From NCBI GenBank assembly GCA_047495785.1, contig JBLDXI010000043.1, forward strand, positions 620,001 through 684,000: a stretch of DNA of 64,000 nucleotides, written 5' to 3'. This DNA comes from Lepidodermella squamata (Eukaryota; Animalia; Gastrotricha). Of this stretch, positions 13,101 through 24,188 are shown one piece after another. Position numbers and translations under genes: made by a program. Position 1 is the first letter of the stretch; every line of letters begins with the position of its first letter. A model generated the notes under the pieces. It had not been told where the DNA came from. It was given only the letters and a program-made list of their open reading frames with translations, and ran no database searches.

Positions 13101-14647
13101 CTAGCTGGTGACTAATTTCGCCGACTGCTGCTGCTGGTGCTGCTCGACAACCTCGTCGTAGGACGGCGGCGGCAGGTTCAGCGCCATCATCGCGTTCAAG
13201 TCCACCGTCGACGAGTAGCGAGGCGGTGGCGGCGGAGTCGCATTCGTATTCGTAGTAGTAGTAGACGCATAGTCGCCAACAACCATGTTCAGGTGCTCAC
13301 TGCTGGTGCTGCTGTTGACGCCGCCGCCGCCGGCTATGAGCAGCGGCCGATGAGCCACCGGAAACGCCGACGATGAGTTGCCACCGCCAGCCGACGACGG
13401 CGAGTAGCGGTGGGCGTGACCACGGTGGTTGCTGTTGTACCGCCACAGCCGCATCATCGCAGCGGCCGAGTAAGACCCATTACTACCGCCACCGCCACTG
13501 TGCATGCTGGCTGTGTTGCGCCAGATACGAGCCGAGTACAGCCCAGACACCAGCACCACGAACCCGACAGCGAACACCAGCCTAGTGAAAAAAAAACCCA
13601 TCATTTTCACAATCCAAATCAAATTTTTAGGCAATGTCCCGAGAATTTTCACGATTCAATCGTTATTTTTAGCTATCTTAGCTGCACAGGGAAGACAAGT
13701 AGAATCATTAAAATCACATTCAAGTTTTCTTACTTTGAATTCTAATCGTGAAGGCATAATAAAGCTTGAAAATGTATCACTGACCTGAGAGGCATGTCGG
13801 CTGTGATGACACCGACGTGGGCCACCTTGCTGTTCTGCCGCCGCCCCAACCGCACAACCGACCCGAAGTGCGGGCAGTCGGCGATCGGCGTGTACACCTC
13901 GCTGTCCATCGCCATTGGTCGCTGTTGCTGCTGTTGTTGCTCTAGGTCACGTGACGACATCACACACATCTGAATGCGTTCGTTCGCAGTCAGCAAGAAC
14001 GACGCAACAGCCGGGCACGTGCCGGGTGACACGAGGCCGCCCGTCGACTCCACCTCCAGGTCAGGCCCCGGCCGCAACGGAGTCATCTCCCGCGTCGAGA
14101 AGAAGTGGTAACTCTCGTACTCGATGCGCACAAAGTACTGCGACGAGCAGTAGTCCGAGACGTGGCCCTCCAGGAACACGTCCAGCGACGAAAAGTCGCC
14201 GAACCACGCGTCCGACGCCTCCACCACGCACGGCTGGCACCCGACGTATTCGTGGCATGGGCGCCAAGTCACCGGGGAGCAGGCCGTCTGCGAGTCGAAC
14301 AGCAGCCGGCGTTGTTTCGCGCCCTGCTTGCCGATGATGACGATGCGCGACGACTGCGTCAGTGGGTACAAATCGACGAACGATGAGCCGTGGCGGGAAG
14401 GCGACAGGTCGGCAAACAACCACCCGGTTGGAATGTTTGACGAGCAACTTGTCAGCTGCAGTGAAGATGCTGATGCTGAGCTACTGCTGATGCTCGCATT
14501 TGAGTTTATCACCACTGTAGCATTACTGTGAGGTGAACAGCCTAGGAAAGCATTTGTGACGGACGAGCGAAGGCACAACGCGGCTGGAATCGACGATGCT
14601 AATAACAAGGCGGTGATCCAGTTAGCTGGTCGATCATTCATTATCAT
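13101..14647 (-). CDS. Type I single-pass membrane protein with Cys-rich ectodomain and two cytoplasmic PPxY motifs
   Basis: Exons 14647-13785 and 13581-13101 (phase 2); signal peptide WITALLLASSIPAALC, TM LVFAVGFVVLVSGLYSA, tail motifs PPPRY and PPPSY. Confidence 0.72.
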
Positions 14648-15488
14648 ATAAAGCCGCCTAATTACAACAAACAAGATTGATATGTAGGCAACACTGTCTT
14701 CTTGGTCTTCACCCTATTCACGGCACGTGTAGCACATGACGCTTTTAGACCGTTCGAAAAAGAGTAGAACCAAGTGAACTTTATTCAGACCGGACTAAAA
14801 ACACACCCAAGTAAAAATAAAAGTAAAAGGCTAGCGTGCTACATGTTACATGGGACAAGGCGTAAGGCGGAAGGTTTTGGGTTGGGTGCTAGGTAAGGTT
14901 CGTGGTTCGTTGTTCAAGAGGAAAAGAGGGATTGCGGCTTGCCAGCTCTAACATCGGACGCGATTAGAGCTGGGCGTTTTTTACATCTTTCACCCCGCCC
15001 CCGTCTAACTTGTCTCATTTCCATCTTCCCACCCTTTATTAATTTGCAATTATTAATTAAACTTTTTACAATTCTTGAAGAATTTAATTAAGTACAAAAC
15101 TCAACTTAGCAAGAGTCTATGCTTTAAAATAACGTGAAAACGAAAGTTTTACCGCGCAAATTTAAAAGCGGTGATGAATCAGGCCGTCTTGTAAACGGGG
15201 TTATAATGAATCATCAGGCGCCCAGGATCGCTCTGAGCGTTGGTTCCACATGTTGTCCTGTTTTTCTTCTAGAGGAGATCATAGATTTGCCATTTTGTTT
15301 TTCACCGTCTCTCTTGAACATAATTAATGGCGTTTGAAAAGCGACCTCAGTAGCAAACAAAAAACGCTATCTAGGATGTTATCTATGTTATTTGTGGCAT
15401 TATTCATGAAGAATAATCAGACTTGACTATTTATAACGACTGCTTCTTGTGTTACTGTCAAGATTTTAAATAAGTTCATTCGCGAAGA

Positions 15489-16409
15489 ATGGAGGGATCT
15501 GTCACGATCAAGCAGGGTCAAGTAGCCGTTGCAGATGGCACAAAACTTTACTATGAAATCAGATATTCGCCAGATCCTCCTGCCAACTCAGCTGAAGCCG
15601 AAAGAATAATTATGATTATGGGCGCTTTTGCCACCTTGAAGCATTACGATGAAACTGCTGATATGTTGGTGAAACACTTTGCGAAGACGAAAACTCCTGT
15701 CGAGGTGTTGACATTCGACAATCGTGGTATTGGTAAATCAACACCAGCCCCCAAGGTCAAACAATCGACCAGCATGTTGGCTGGCGATACTCTAAATTTG
15801 ATTAACCAAGTTTGGGGTGAAAACAGCCATGTGCATCTTTATGGGGCCAGTTTAGGCGGCATGGTCGCCCTTGAGTTGGCGACTACGCTAGTTCCAGCAA
15901 AACGGTTAAAATCTCTCTACCTTGCAGTCACGTCACGAGGCTCAGCTGTTCGACCCCTTGGTATCCTTGGTACTGGAGTTTGGTCTGCCTTGATGCCAGC
16001 ATTCATTAAATCAGACCGGGAAAGAATGGTGCGTGATGTTTTGCTACCGGCGTCATTTTCGGCGGAAACTTTGCAGACTCAGGGCGAAAAGTTTGCTCAA
16101 ATGTGGCTGGCTGATTACGACGCATGGTGGGCGTTTGGAGATCTACAAGCTTGCGCTTGCCAATCGCCAGCTGCCGCTACTCACTACGTCTCTGATGAAA
16201 GATTGCGTGTAATTCGAGAAAGTGGAATTGCTATAACTGTGCACATTGCAACGAAGGACAAGTTGATACCGCGGAAGAAGCAGGAGGAACTCGCGAAATT
16301 GTTGAACGCAAAAACAGCAGTTTTCAACCACGGACACATGGGCGATGAAGATGCTAAACTTCAAGTTTTCCAGGCTGTTGTAACTCATTTGGAGACCGCA
16401 ATGACATGA
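15489..16409 (+). CDS. Alpha/beta-hydrolase (Abhydrolase_1 type), intronless
   Basis: 306 aa ORF; FDNRGIGKS, nucleophile elbow GASLGG, acid in KDKLIP, His in GHMG; AATAAA at about 16521. Confidence 0.9.
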   Translation: MEGSVTIKQGQVAVADGTKLYYEIRYSPDPPANSAEAERIIMIMGAFATLKHYDETADMLVKHFAKTKTPVEVLTFDNRGIGKSTPAPKVKQSTSMLAGDTLNLINQVWGENSHVHLYGASLGGMVALELATTLVPAKRLKSLYLAVTSRGSAVRPLGILGTGVWSALMPAFIKSDRERMVRDVLLPASFSAETLQTQGEKFAQMWLADYDAWWAFGDLQACACQSPAAATHYVSDERLRVIRESGIAITVHIATKDKLIPRKKQEELAKLLNAKTAVFNHGHMGDEDAKLQVFQAVVTHLETAMT

Positions 16410-16755
16410 ATTTTGTTTCAAACACGCATAAGTATTATTGATTATTTGAGCATCATGATTATGAATGATTCGCGGTTTTATTATTTTGAATTATTTATAT
16501 TTTAACGTTGAAGTGAAGACAATAAAAAGCGAGACTGAATTTAGTTTGATGCTGGTTTTCAGTATATCTTTTTTACGGTAACATCATTGACCACATTCAG
16601 CGCAGTGAGTCAGGGAATAGGAATATTATGTTCAGGCCGGTTTTTACTGGGTGCGGAGTGCTGAAGTGCAATTTCAACTGCGTTAAATTTAGAAACGAGT
16701 TTCAGCTTAAACACCCAACATGTTAATTAGGCCGTCTGATACAGCAAATGAGTTA

Positions 16756-17762
16756 CCGGGGAGCGGTACAATGTTGACAACGCCCAATGCTCTTCCCTAA
16801 AAAAAAATGCTAAAAAATCAGGTTTTTTGAATCCGGTAAATCTGACGACACCATTAGAAACTCCTTCACCTGGCGCTAATTTACATGCCAAAAACCAGGT
16901 TAAGGTAAAGAAAGGTACAATGTTGACAATCTCGGTTTTTTTGTTTAAAATTCCAAAAGCATATGCAGATGAGGTCCTTGGTTTTGAATAATTTCTCTTC
17001 CGAACCCACACCCGAAGTAAATGTGATCTTAAAATCTTTCTTGCCTGCTTCGTGATGCGGCATTTAGAAGCCACTCCAGCTGCCCAAAGGGCCCAAGCTG
17101 TCTGGCAGAGGGGTTAGCCACCAGTCCGGTTCTATATTCGATATAAAATAAGTAAACAAAATCGATGAATCATATTTTTCGAGCACATTCAACACCGTTC
17201 AACATTTTCCATAGGGTGGCCCAGAACTATCGAGGCATACTTTCTAGGCTAAAATACAACTTACAGGCCTCAACTTATCATCATAGCGTCGAATTCAAAG
17301 CCGTTATAAAAAACATTAGCAAAATTTTAGAAATTCTCAACGCCGTTTTGCCTTGTGTCAAAATTGTACCGGCTGTCAAATTGTACCCAGAAGTTGCACC
17401 TCAAAAAGTGCGTCTTTACCGCTATAATTTACCTGGAATTGGCTCTTTCAAAAAATTTCTTTTTACCTTGACAATTCCTGGAATATTGTTAGCTCCGTTT
17501 CCATATAAAAATCATTTTCAGAAACCACCTGGTTGAGGAGATACGGAGGGGTCATTTTGCTATTTTCATTGCTTCTCGTAGAATAAATCAATCGCCAATA
17601 ATCGAATCGAAATCGGGAAAAATAACTGGATATCCTCAAACTAGAAGAGGTCAGGTATTTTTCGCTCATTTTTACAGAATTTTAGGATGAAAGGCCCAGG
17701 TAGGCCAGCAGGTAGAAAAATGTTGTCAAGGTTGTACCTGACAACATTGTACCCTTCCCCGG
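16756..17762. mobile_element. Non-autonomous Tc1/mariner (pogo-like) element, about 1.0 kb
   Basis: TA flanks; TIR ccggggagcggtacaatgttgaca vs reverse complement ccggggaagggtacaatgttgtca (3 mismatches in 24); internal copies of the ggtacaa/tgtcaa motif. Confidence 0.8.
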
Positions 17763-18735
17763 TACGAAATTTTGAAATCATACGCGATGTCAGCTATTAT
17801 GGACAGAAAAGCCTCTCAATTATTTTATCGGCTACTTTAACCTAATCTACGTGGCATAAGTTATCGCGCCTAGAGCGCCGAGAGGCGGATGGTTGTACAA
17901 ATAAAATCTCGATATGCCAATGTGATGAAGCTGACACTTAACATAGAATCTGAAAAGCCAACCCGATAAAATGCGAAAACATTTTCCAAAGGTTTTGGAG
18001 TTTCCTCCTGGGATTGTAGATATTTGACACGGCGCGTTGTTTTGTACCAAATAGTCGGATCCTGGAAGAGATCGCTTTTCTTCAACTTTTTCTCTACTTT
18101 GTTCTTCGATCCGTGATAAATTTCAGCTTAAATTCCACCAATTTCATTTGGAAAAAGACGACTTTCTCCAAATATTCTATCAATCCACTGGCCACTGGTC
18201 CATTTTCGCGAAGGAGGTACAGCTCTGGAATCTTGAAGCACATAAGGAGTATTGTTTAGCCTCGGCATGGCTCCGGTTTGGAACCTACGTAACGAAATAA
18301 CAAAGCTGATAATTTTATTTTGATCGCATCACGTTGTGTTGAGACGTTGAGATTGGAGAGAAGAGAAGATGAGAGAAGAGAGAGATCTTGTGTGAAATCG
18401 ACTGATTGTAGATAATGAATGCGCGAAATTGTGCAACATTATATGGGACCAGGGAAAGCAGCCAAGCTCCACTTTGCATGTGAAACTTGGCCGAGCGTCC
18501 CTCTTTCCTCAGAATAGTAAAAGTAACTACAATAACATGATAGTTATCCTTTCTCTTATTATTTGTACAATATCGTAAAAAGTAGCAAGTTGTTGAGATT
18601 GGAAAAACTACGACAAGAGACATGGCTTGTATATTTTGTATGTATAAATTTGCGTTTCAGATACACAGCGTATTAGACTAGAGATGAATAATACCTATAT
18701 ATAATAGCATGGCTAACAAATTGCGCTAAGACTGT

Positions 18736-18969
18736 TCATTTTTTGCCTAACAGGAACGGATTGTAGCCGTTGTAGTTGTACGGCTGGTTCGAGTAGGTGC
18801 GCGACGCCGAGCAGTCGTCGAGGTACGGCTTCCACGCGTCGCACTTCAACGCCGGGCCGAAGAATTTGTTCTGCCAGTGGAAAATGATGCCTGATTCAGC
18901 GATCGTGAATATGAGGTTGATAATGACCAGCACGAGGATCACAACCAGCAGAGCCGTGTTTTCAGCCAT
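18736..18969 (-). CDS. Single-pass microprotein family member A (77 aa)
   Basis: MAENTALLVVILVLVIINLIFTIAESGIIFHWQNKFFGPALKC...NPFLLGKK; shares the N-x13-W motif with three neighbours. Confidence 0.8.
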   Translation of the reverse strand: MAENTALLVVILVLVIINLIFTIAESGIIFHWQNKFFGPALKCDAWKPYLDDCSASRTYSNQPYNYNGYNPFLLGKK

Positions 18970-19732
18970 TGATTTCGGTTTGTTTTGATTTTATTCGACT
19001 GCTATAATTAGCAAAAAACTACTGAGCTAGAAAATACGATAAGGTTATAAAACGATGACAATGAAATACTATTAAATTTGGGCGGGATGTTGCGATTTTT
19101 TTTTATCAGGGATAAGCAATCGGGTGGTAATGAAAACCATGCCTCTGCTAGTGGGTTCGCCCTCACCGGCTACCTCGTGAGGTCAGTATTTAAGGCGAGA
19201 AGAATAAAACTAATGCTGCATTTCGTGACTTGCGCTGATGGATTCGAGGCCGTTGCTAATCGTTGCTAAGCGCGTTGATATAAACGAAGGAACTATTGCA
19301 GCTTCCGGGCCTTTGTGCGGCCTTGGCCTGCTCGCATCGGGACACAGCAGTCGCCGGCCAGTTCCAGGATGGAGTCATGCACGAGGCATAGCAACCCAGC
19401 CTTGCTTTCATTTTTATTACGACTCATTTCCAATGGCAATAAGCCGTTGTTTGTAGTTTCGTAATGAAATCAACTAGTATATCCGTGATAGTGCCTTTTG
19501 ACAGCCAGCGCACCGGCATAGTTTCAAGAAAGTATAAATTGAAAAAGGTAGCAAAATAACTTGACAACGACATGCCAAGTACAGTGCAAAGAAATTTCGA
19601 AAACATTCAGTTCGCAGCCACACCCGAAAGCACGTAAAGGAGTAGAGAGTGAAAAAATAGTAAAAATCACCGAGATCAAAGTTTTGATTGAATTAATCAT
19701 TAATGATTGAAGTTGTTCAGAAACAGTTTTTC

Positions 19733-19973
19733 TTAATAAAGTCTGCCATAAATTATTCGATTGCAAGTTTGAACTGCTCGAATAGCTTGGCAATTGAGGA
19801 TCGGCCCAAAGTAGACATCTTGCCAGTAGAATATAATTGCTGCAGCGCAGATTGTCAATATCAAGTTTAGGAGAAGGAGTACAAACATTGAAATCACCAC
19901 AGCTTTCATCAGTTCTAAAGGAAAACGTTGGGCAATCCGAAATTTTCTAATCAGTTAAAGTTGGCTTACCCAT
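19733..19973 (-). CDS. Single-pass microprotein family member B (61 aa; not in ORF track)
   Basis: Exon ATGG 19973-19970, 55-nt GTAAG..AG intron, exon 19914-19733: MELMKAVVISMFVLLLLNLILTICAAAIIFYWQDVYFGPILNCQAIRAVQTCNRIIYGRLY. Confidence 0.8.
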
Positions 19974-20182
19974 GTTAGATTTTCAGGCTCGAATTTCCCA
20001 AGTTATACTGCGAAAGACGTGTTTGTTTATTTTAAATAAAACCTAAAATTCAGAAAAAAAAAGAAATGTTCATATATGAACGCGTTAACTTGAGCTATAT
20101 TATAAAATCAAAGCGTTGACAGCAAACGATAAAAAGTCAGCAAAAGCGTGCATACGATCGCTTGAAAAACAGTTCATTGCAA

Positions 20183-20402
20183 TCATCCAACGAGTAGTGG
20201 AGCGTAGTAAGGAGCTCCGTCGTAAATTCGTTGCCAGTGGAAAATGATGGCGCCCGAAGCGATGATAATGCACAGATTGAGCGCCAACAAGGCGATGATG
20301 ATGTACAAGAACAGCTTGATAGTTTTCACGATTTCAACTGGAAAACAGGCAGAAAACAGAGACTAATTTATGTCATATCAGTCATTTTTAATATTTACCC
20401 AT
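20183..20402 (-). CDS. Single-pass microprotein family member C (52 aa; not in ORF track)
   Basis: Exon ATGG 20402-20399, 61-nt GTAAA..CAG intron, exon 20337-20183: MVEIVKTIKLFLYIIIALLALNLCIIIASGAIIFHWQRIYDGAPYYAPLLVG. Confidence 0.8.
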
Positions 20403-20600
20403 TTTGCCGTAAATTTATAGTTAACAAATCCCTAAAACAACAGAAAAAGTCAGGTGTAAGCAAAAAAAAAATTAACTGTGACATATCATTCAAAGCAATA
20501 TATCAACGTAAAAGATGTTTTATAACGAAAAGGCAAAGCGCTGAAGCTGCATAACATTGCATTTTTTTCGGAACAGGATCACGGCAGCAAATTTCGCGCA

Positions 20601-20837
20601 TCAACCGCTACCAGTTGGATATGCAGCGTTCGAAACCGCGTCAATGAAAGGGCGGTAATACGTGTGATGCCAGTTGAAAACGATGACTGATGCGCAGATC
20701 GTGAAGCAAACGTTGAGGAAAACCAGCACAATGGCGACGATGAAGAAAGTCTTGACTTCCTTGAGCATATCTGTTAACACACATTTATAACAATCGATAT
20801 ACCATTTGGAAATTGCTGCAGCTATATTGTTACCCAT
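20601..20837 (-). CDS. Single-pass microprotein family member D (57 aa spliced)
   Basis: Exon ATGG 20837-20834, 63-nt GTAAC..CAG intron, exon 20770-20601: MDMLKEVKTFFIVAIVLVFLNVCFTICASVIVFNWHHTYYRPFIDAVSNAAYPTGSG. Confidence 0.8.
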   Translation of the reverse strand: MGNNIAAAISKWYIDCYKCVLTDMLKEVKTFFIVAIVLVFLNVCFTICASVIVFNWHHTYYRPFIDAVSNAAYPTGSG

Positions 20838-21880
20838 TTTTCCGAGGTGTCAGTTTGATCGAGCTGCAGCGTTTATTATTATTGTTCTTATTATTAAATG
20901 AAGAAATAACGCTAGAATGTGTGTTTTTCGTCGGGCGATGTGTCAAGTCTTGTTGCTAGCTGGACACCGCCTATTAAATAAGACTGCGGTCGCGACTTCA
21001 GTACTAGCGTTCAGTGAGGGCAAACTCTGAGCCGTAAAAAACGAGAAAGCACTCAGTCACCTCGGCAGGCTCGCGTAGTCCGAGTGTTTGGCATGGGGCT
21101 GCTGGCACGTTGCTTCACGAAGGGAGTATTTACCAGTACTGCAGTTACACCGATGTGGCAAAAGTGACTCTCTTTTTTTCGCTCAATTGCGTTTTTTTAT
21201 TCCTGGCACGCTCTTGTGACAGCAGAAAATCAACTTCACCAATCCGGTTGTTTTCCACATTCCGTTTTTGTATTTCCAGAATTACAGTTAGCAAACTCCG
21301 GAGTGCAACAGCAACAATGCATGTAAAAGCTTTTGGCACGAAAGGCTTGTGCGTAAAAAAATTACCGGCCTCTTTTTGACGCAGCAGTAGTAGGCATTCA
21401 TCACGTCGCCGTAACCCTTGGCACACACAACGTGTGCGCACACACGTTAACTAGACTGCATGTAGTAGTAGTAATGGAAGCATCTGGAAAATGTTAACAA
21501 AGTAAAGCAACATAGTTTTGTCGTTGCTTTCAGCAGTTAGTTTCCTGAGCAAATACAGTCTTGTTCTACTACATCAGCATACCATTTTTTATTCGTTTGA
21601 TCACGTGTCCCAACAGGTAGGTAGGTATTCAAGACGTCATCATCAAGCCTGAACCAGTCAATTTACGCGACCTGTTGTATCTCACCTGAATAGCGACGTG
21701 TGTTTTGTACGGCAGGTAAAGAAGAAGAGGACGAACTCATTCTCTACCCATCAACCTACGTCAGCTCTTTTGAGATACACCGCCGCCGTTCGTTTTATTT
21801 ACTCACCTTAGTTTTTTCAGCTGTGCATTTTCACTCAAAGCATTGGATTTATTGCCCTCTGTACGATATAGGTTTTACAT

Positions 21881-22879
21881 ATGAAAATGTCATCGCCCAC
21901 GGATCGCCAGATGACGCTATCTGAGAAACTCGCTGATCAACAGCTGCAGTCCATGATTGCAACTACCCTGTCATCTGGTAAAGTCATGCCTGCTTACCCA
22001 GTGCCAACCGTTATTGCGGCTGGATGCAATGAGAAAATGATCAGCGACCAGAAAACTCTGATTCCTGTCCAACTCGCTCCACCTACCAAGCAATGTATTC
22101 GTCGCCGGAAGGCTGCTTCATGCTGCGCAACTTTCCTCTTCGCCGTAATGACCCTGCTTTCGATGGGCCTCATCGTCTACCTGGCGGTTCACGCCCATCG
22201 CCAGTGGGTTGCTTACTGCCACGGAATGCAGGCCCACCAGCAAGCTATGATGGCTGGTGCGAATTATAACCAACCGAGGTTTGCACACCGTCGCCATCAC
22301 GACGACTCTTCCTCAGCTTCTGATGAAATGAATGATGGCAACAATGGGCTTCTGTTCGAAAAACTTATGCGGCCGAAAATTGAGATTTCATTCACTTCGA
22401 TCACTTTCGTGTCGAGCGACAACAAGCAGCAGCTGCCCGTACAACAGCAACCAACTGTTATCACTGGCAGTGCGGATGCGGATAATAGCAAATCGATCGA
22501 AGACTTGAGCCGTGACCCCATGTTGAATGAATTTTTGTCGATGCTGCTTCAGGACAACGATAACAATGAACTGGTGAAGCCAACGGTGCCAACTGTGGCA
22601 AGTGGTGTTACGACCCAGGCCCCGACCCCGGCGGACCAGGATGCTGACGAGCAGCTTCAACAAGCCATGGAACAATTTGGCAACATGTTTGCCTCGATGA
22701 TTCCCCAGCAGATGCCTTCGGTCCAGCTTCCGCCAATCCAGATGCCTACATCGAGCCAAACCGAAGATTTCTTCCGCAACATTTTCGGATTCGGCCAACC
22801 GGCACAGCAGCAGCAACCTCAGCCGCAACAGGAACAGCCACGCCCGGTGCACCTGCTTGGCGCTAGCGGCCACGATTAA
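21881..22879 (+). CDS. Orphan type II single-pass membrane protein with Gln/Pro/Met-rich C-terminal region
   Basis: 332 aa ORF; RRRK followed by TM FLFAVMTLLSMGLIVYLAV; AATAAA at 22971. Confidence 0.72.
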   Translation: MKMSSPTDRQMTLSEKLADQQLQSMIATTLSSGKVMPAYPVPTVIAAGCNEKMISDQKTLIPVQLAPPTKQCIRRRKAASCCATFLFAVMTLLSMGLIVYLAVHAHRQWVAYCHGMQAHQQAMMAGANYNQPRFAHRRHHDDSSSASDEMNDGNNGLLFEKLMRPKIEISFTSITFVSSDNKQQLPVQQQPTVITGSADADNSKSIEDLSRDPMLNEFLSMLLQDNDNNELVKPTVPTVASGVTTQAPTPADQDADEQLQQAMEQFGNMFASMIPQQMPSVQLPPIQMPTSSQTEDFFRNIFGFGQPAQQQQPQPQQEQPRPVHLLGASGHD

Positions 22880-24188
22880 AAAAATTGCATTTGTTTTCTC
22901 GAAAGACATTTAAGCACTCAGTTCACACGTTAGGCATGCCTTGTTTTTGGTTAAACCGTGGCGGCTTTTGAATAAAATGGTTGTTTGATTTTATTCCCTT
23001 CGTCTTTTGCAATTACGACGTTTCATCTTCCTAAAACGAGATCAGGAAGATATCGGAATTCATGAAAATGCAAGTATGTAAATGAGCAAGCCGCTGAGAA
23101 AGCGAGGAAAAGGTGACACTTCCTACGCTGTCTCGACATTTTTTCCTGTTTTTTAGGCATGGCGGAGAACAACTGCAAGATGAATCACCAGCAGAAACTA
23201 ATATGCGCACATTTTGGTCTAATCTTAGCTTCATGGTGATTACTTGTTTTGAATAGGTATTTTCTGAATCACATCGATGTGAATAGCGTGAATCGACGTC
23301 GACAATCCAGCCTACCGAAAATTGTATAAATAGTATATTGTACTGGAAATAATAAGGACACCTTGAACTAGCCATCCACGGTTGAGGATGATTAATTGGT
23401 TGTAAAAGAACTGTCGATGAAAACCGTCAAGGGTGTCCTGTATTAGCAAGGCCTTTGCAGGTTTTAAGCATATCTTTCATAGTAGCACGCGCATTCAATA
23501 ATTCCTCGAAAGCATGCCTCATGCTCGAGTATTTCAATGGGTTCCATGTTTCATTCTTAACTATTTGCTACCGGAATGCAGCATTTCTCGCATGAGCCAA
23601 CTAACTTGTCAGATTTGCAGTAGCAGATGCGTAGAGGAAAAGACGTGGCGACAGGAAATTGAGCTGCCGTGGTATTTATCTATATAATTAGACACACCAC
23701 CGGTGCTTCTTGCAAAGAATGCTCAGGCTAAGCAATACAGTTGTATCGTAATACCTGCACATGTAACAAGCATTAGTACATCGATGAATTGCCTTTTGCA
23801 TGTTTGTAAAATATGCTAAGGTGTCTCTGCGCTTGTTGGGCTTGCATTTTTTTACGACCTCATTACAGCACTATTTGAGCATTGCGTCTGGTGTCGTGCT
23901 AGCGGCGGCGAAACTGCGAGCCAATTGTGCATGCAATAGCATCGCAGCCTCAAATGACACCCCCTTCTTTCCTGCGTACGTATGCAATTGCAGCAGAGAG
24001 CAACCACCAGTCGTCGACTCAGGTGCCAACAATCCGCTACATTTGTATAAATAATAAAAAGAAACACTAATCAACCGATTGTCGCAGCTGGTCGACACTT
24101 CTCGTTCTGCTAAAACAACCCCCACTTCAAACGCAGCAAGTCACAGTCAGATTTTCATTCTTTAGCCATAGCAAGCGCAGAGTCGCGA

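Noticed and set aside
16727-18085. Short ORFs inside and beside the pogo-like element
   Set aside because: No DDE or HTH motifs; AT-rich chance ORFs.
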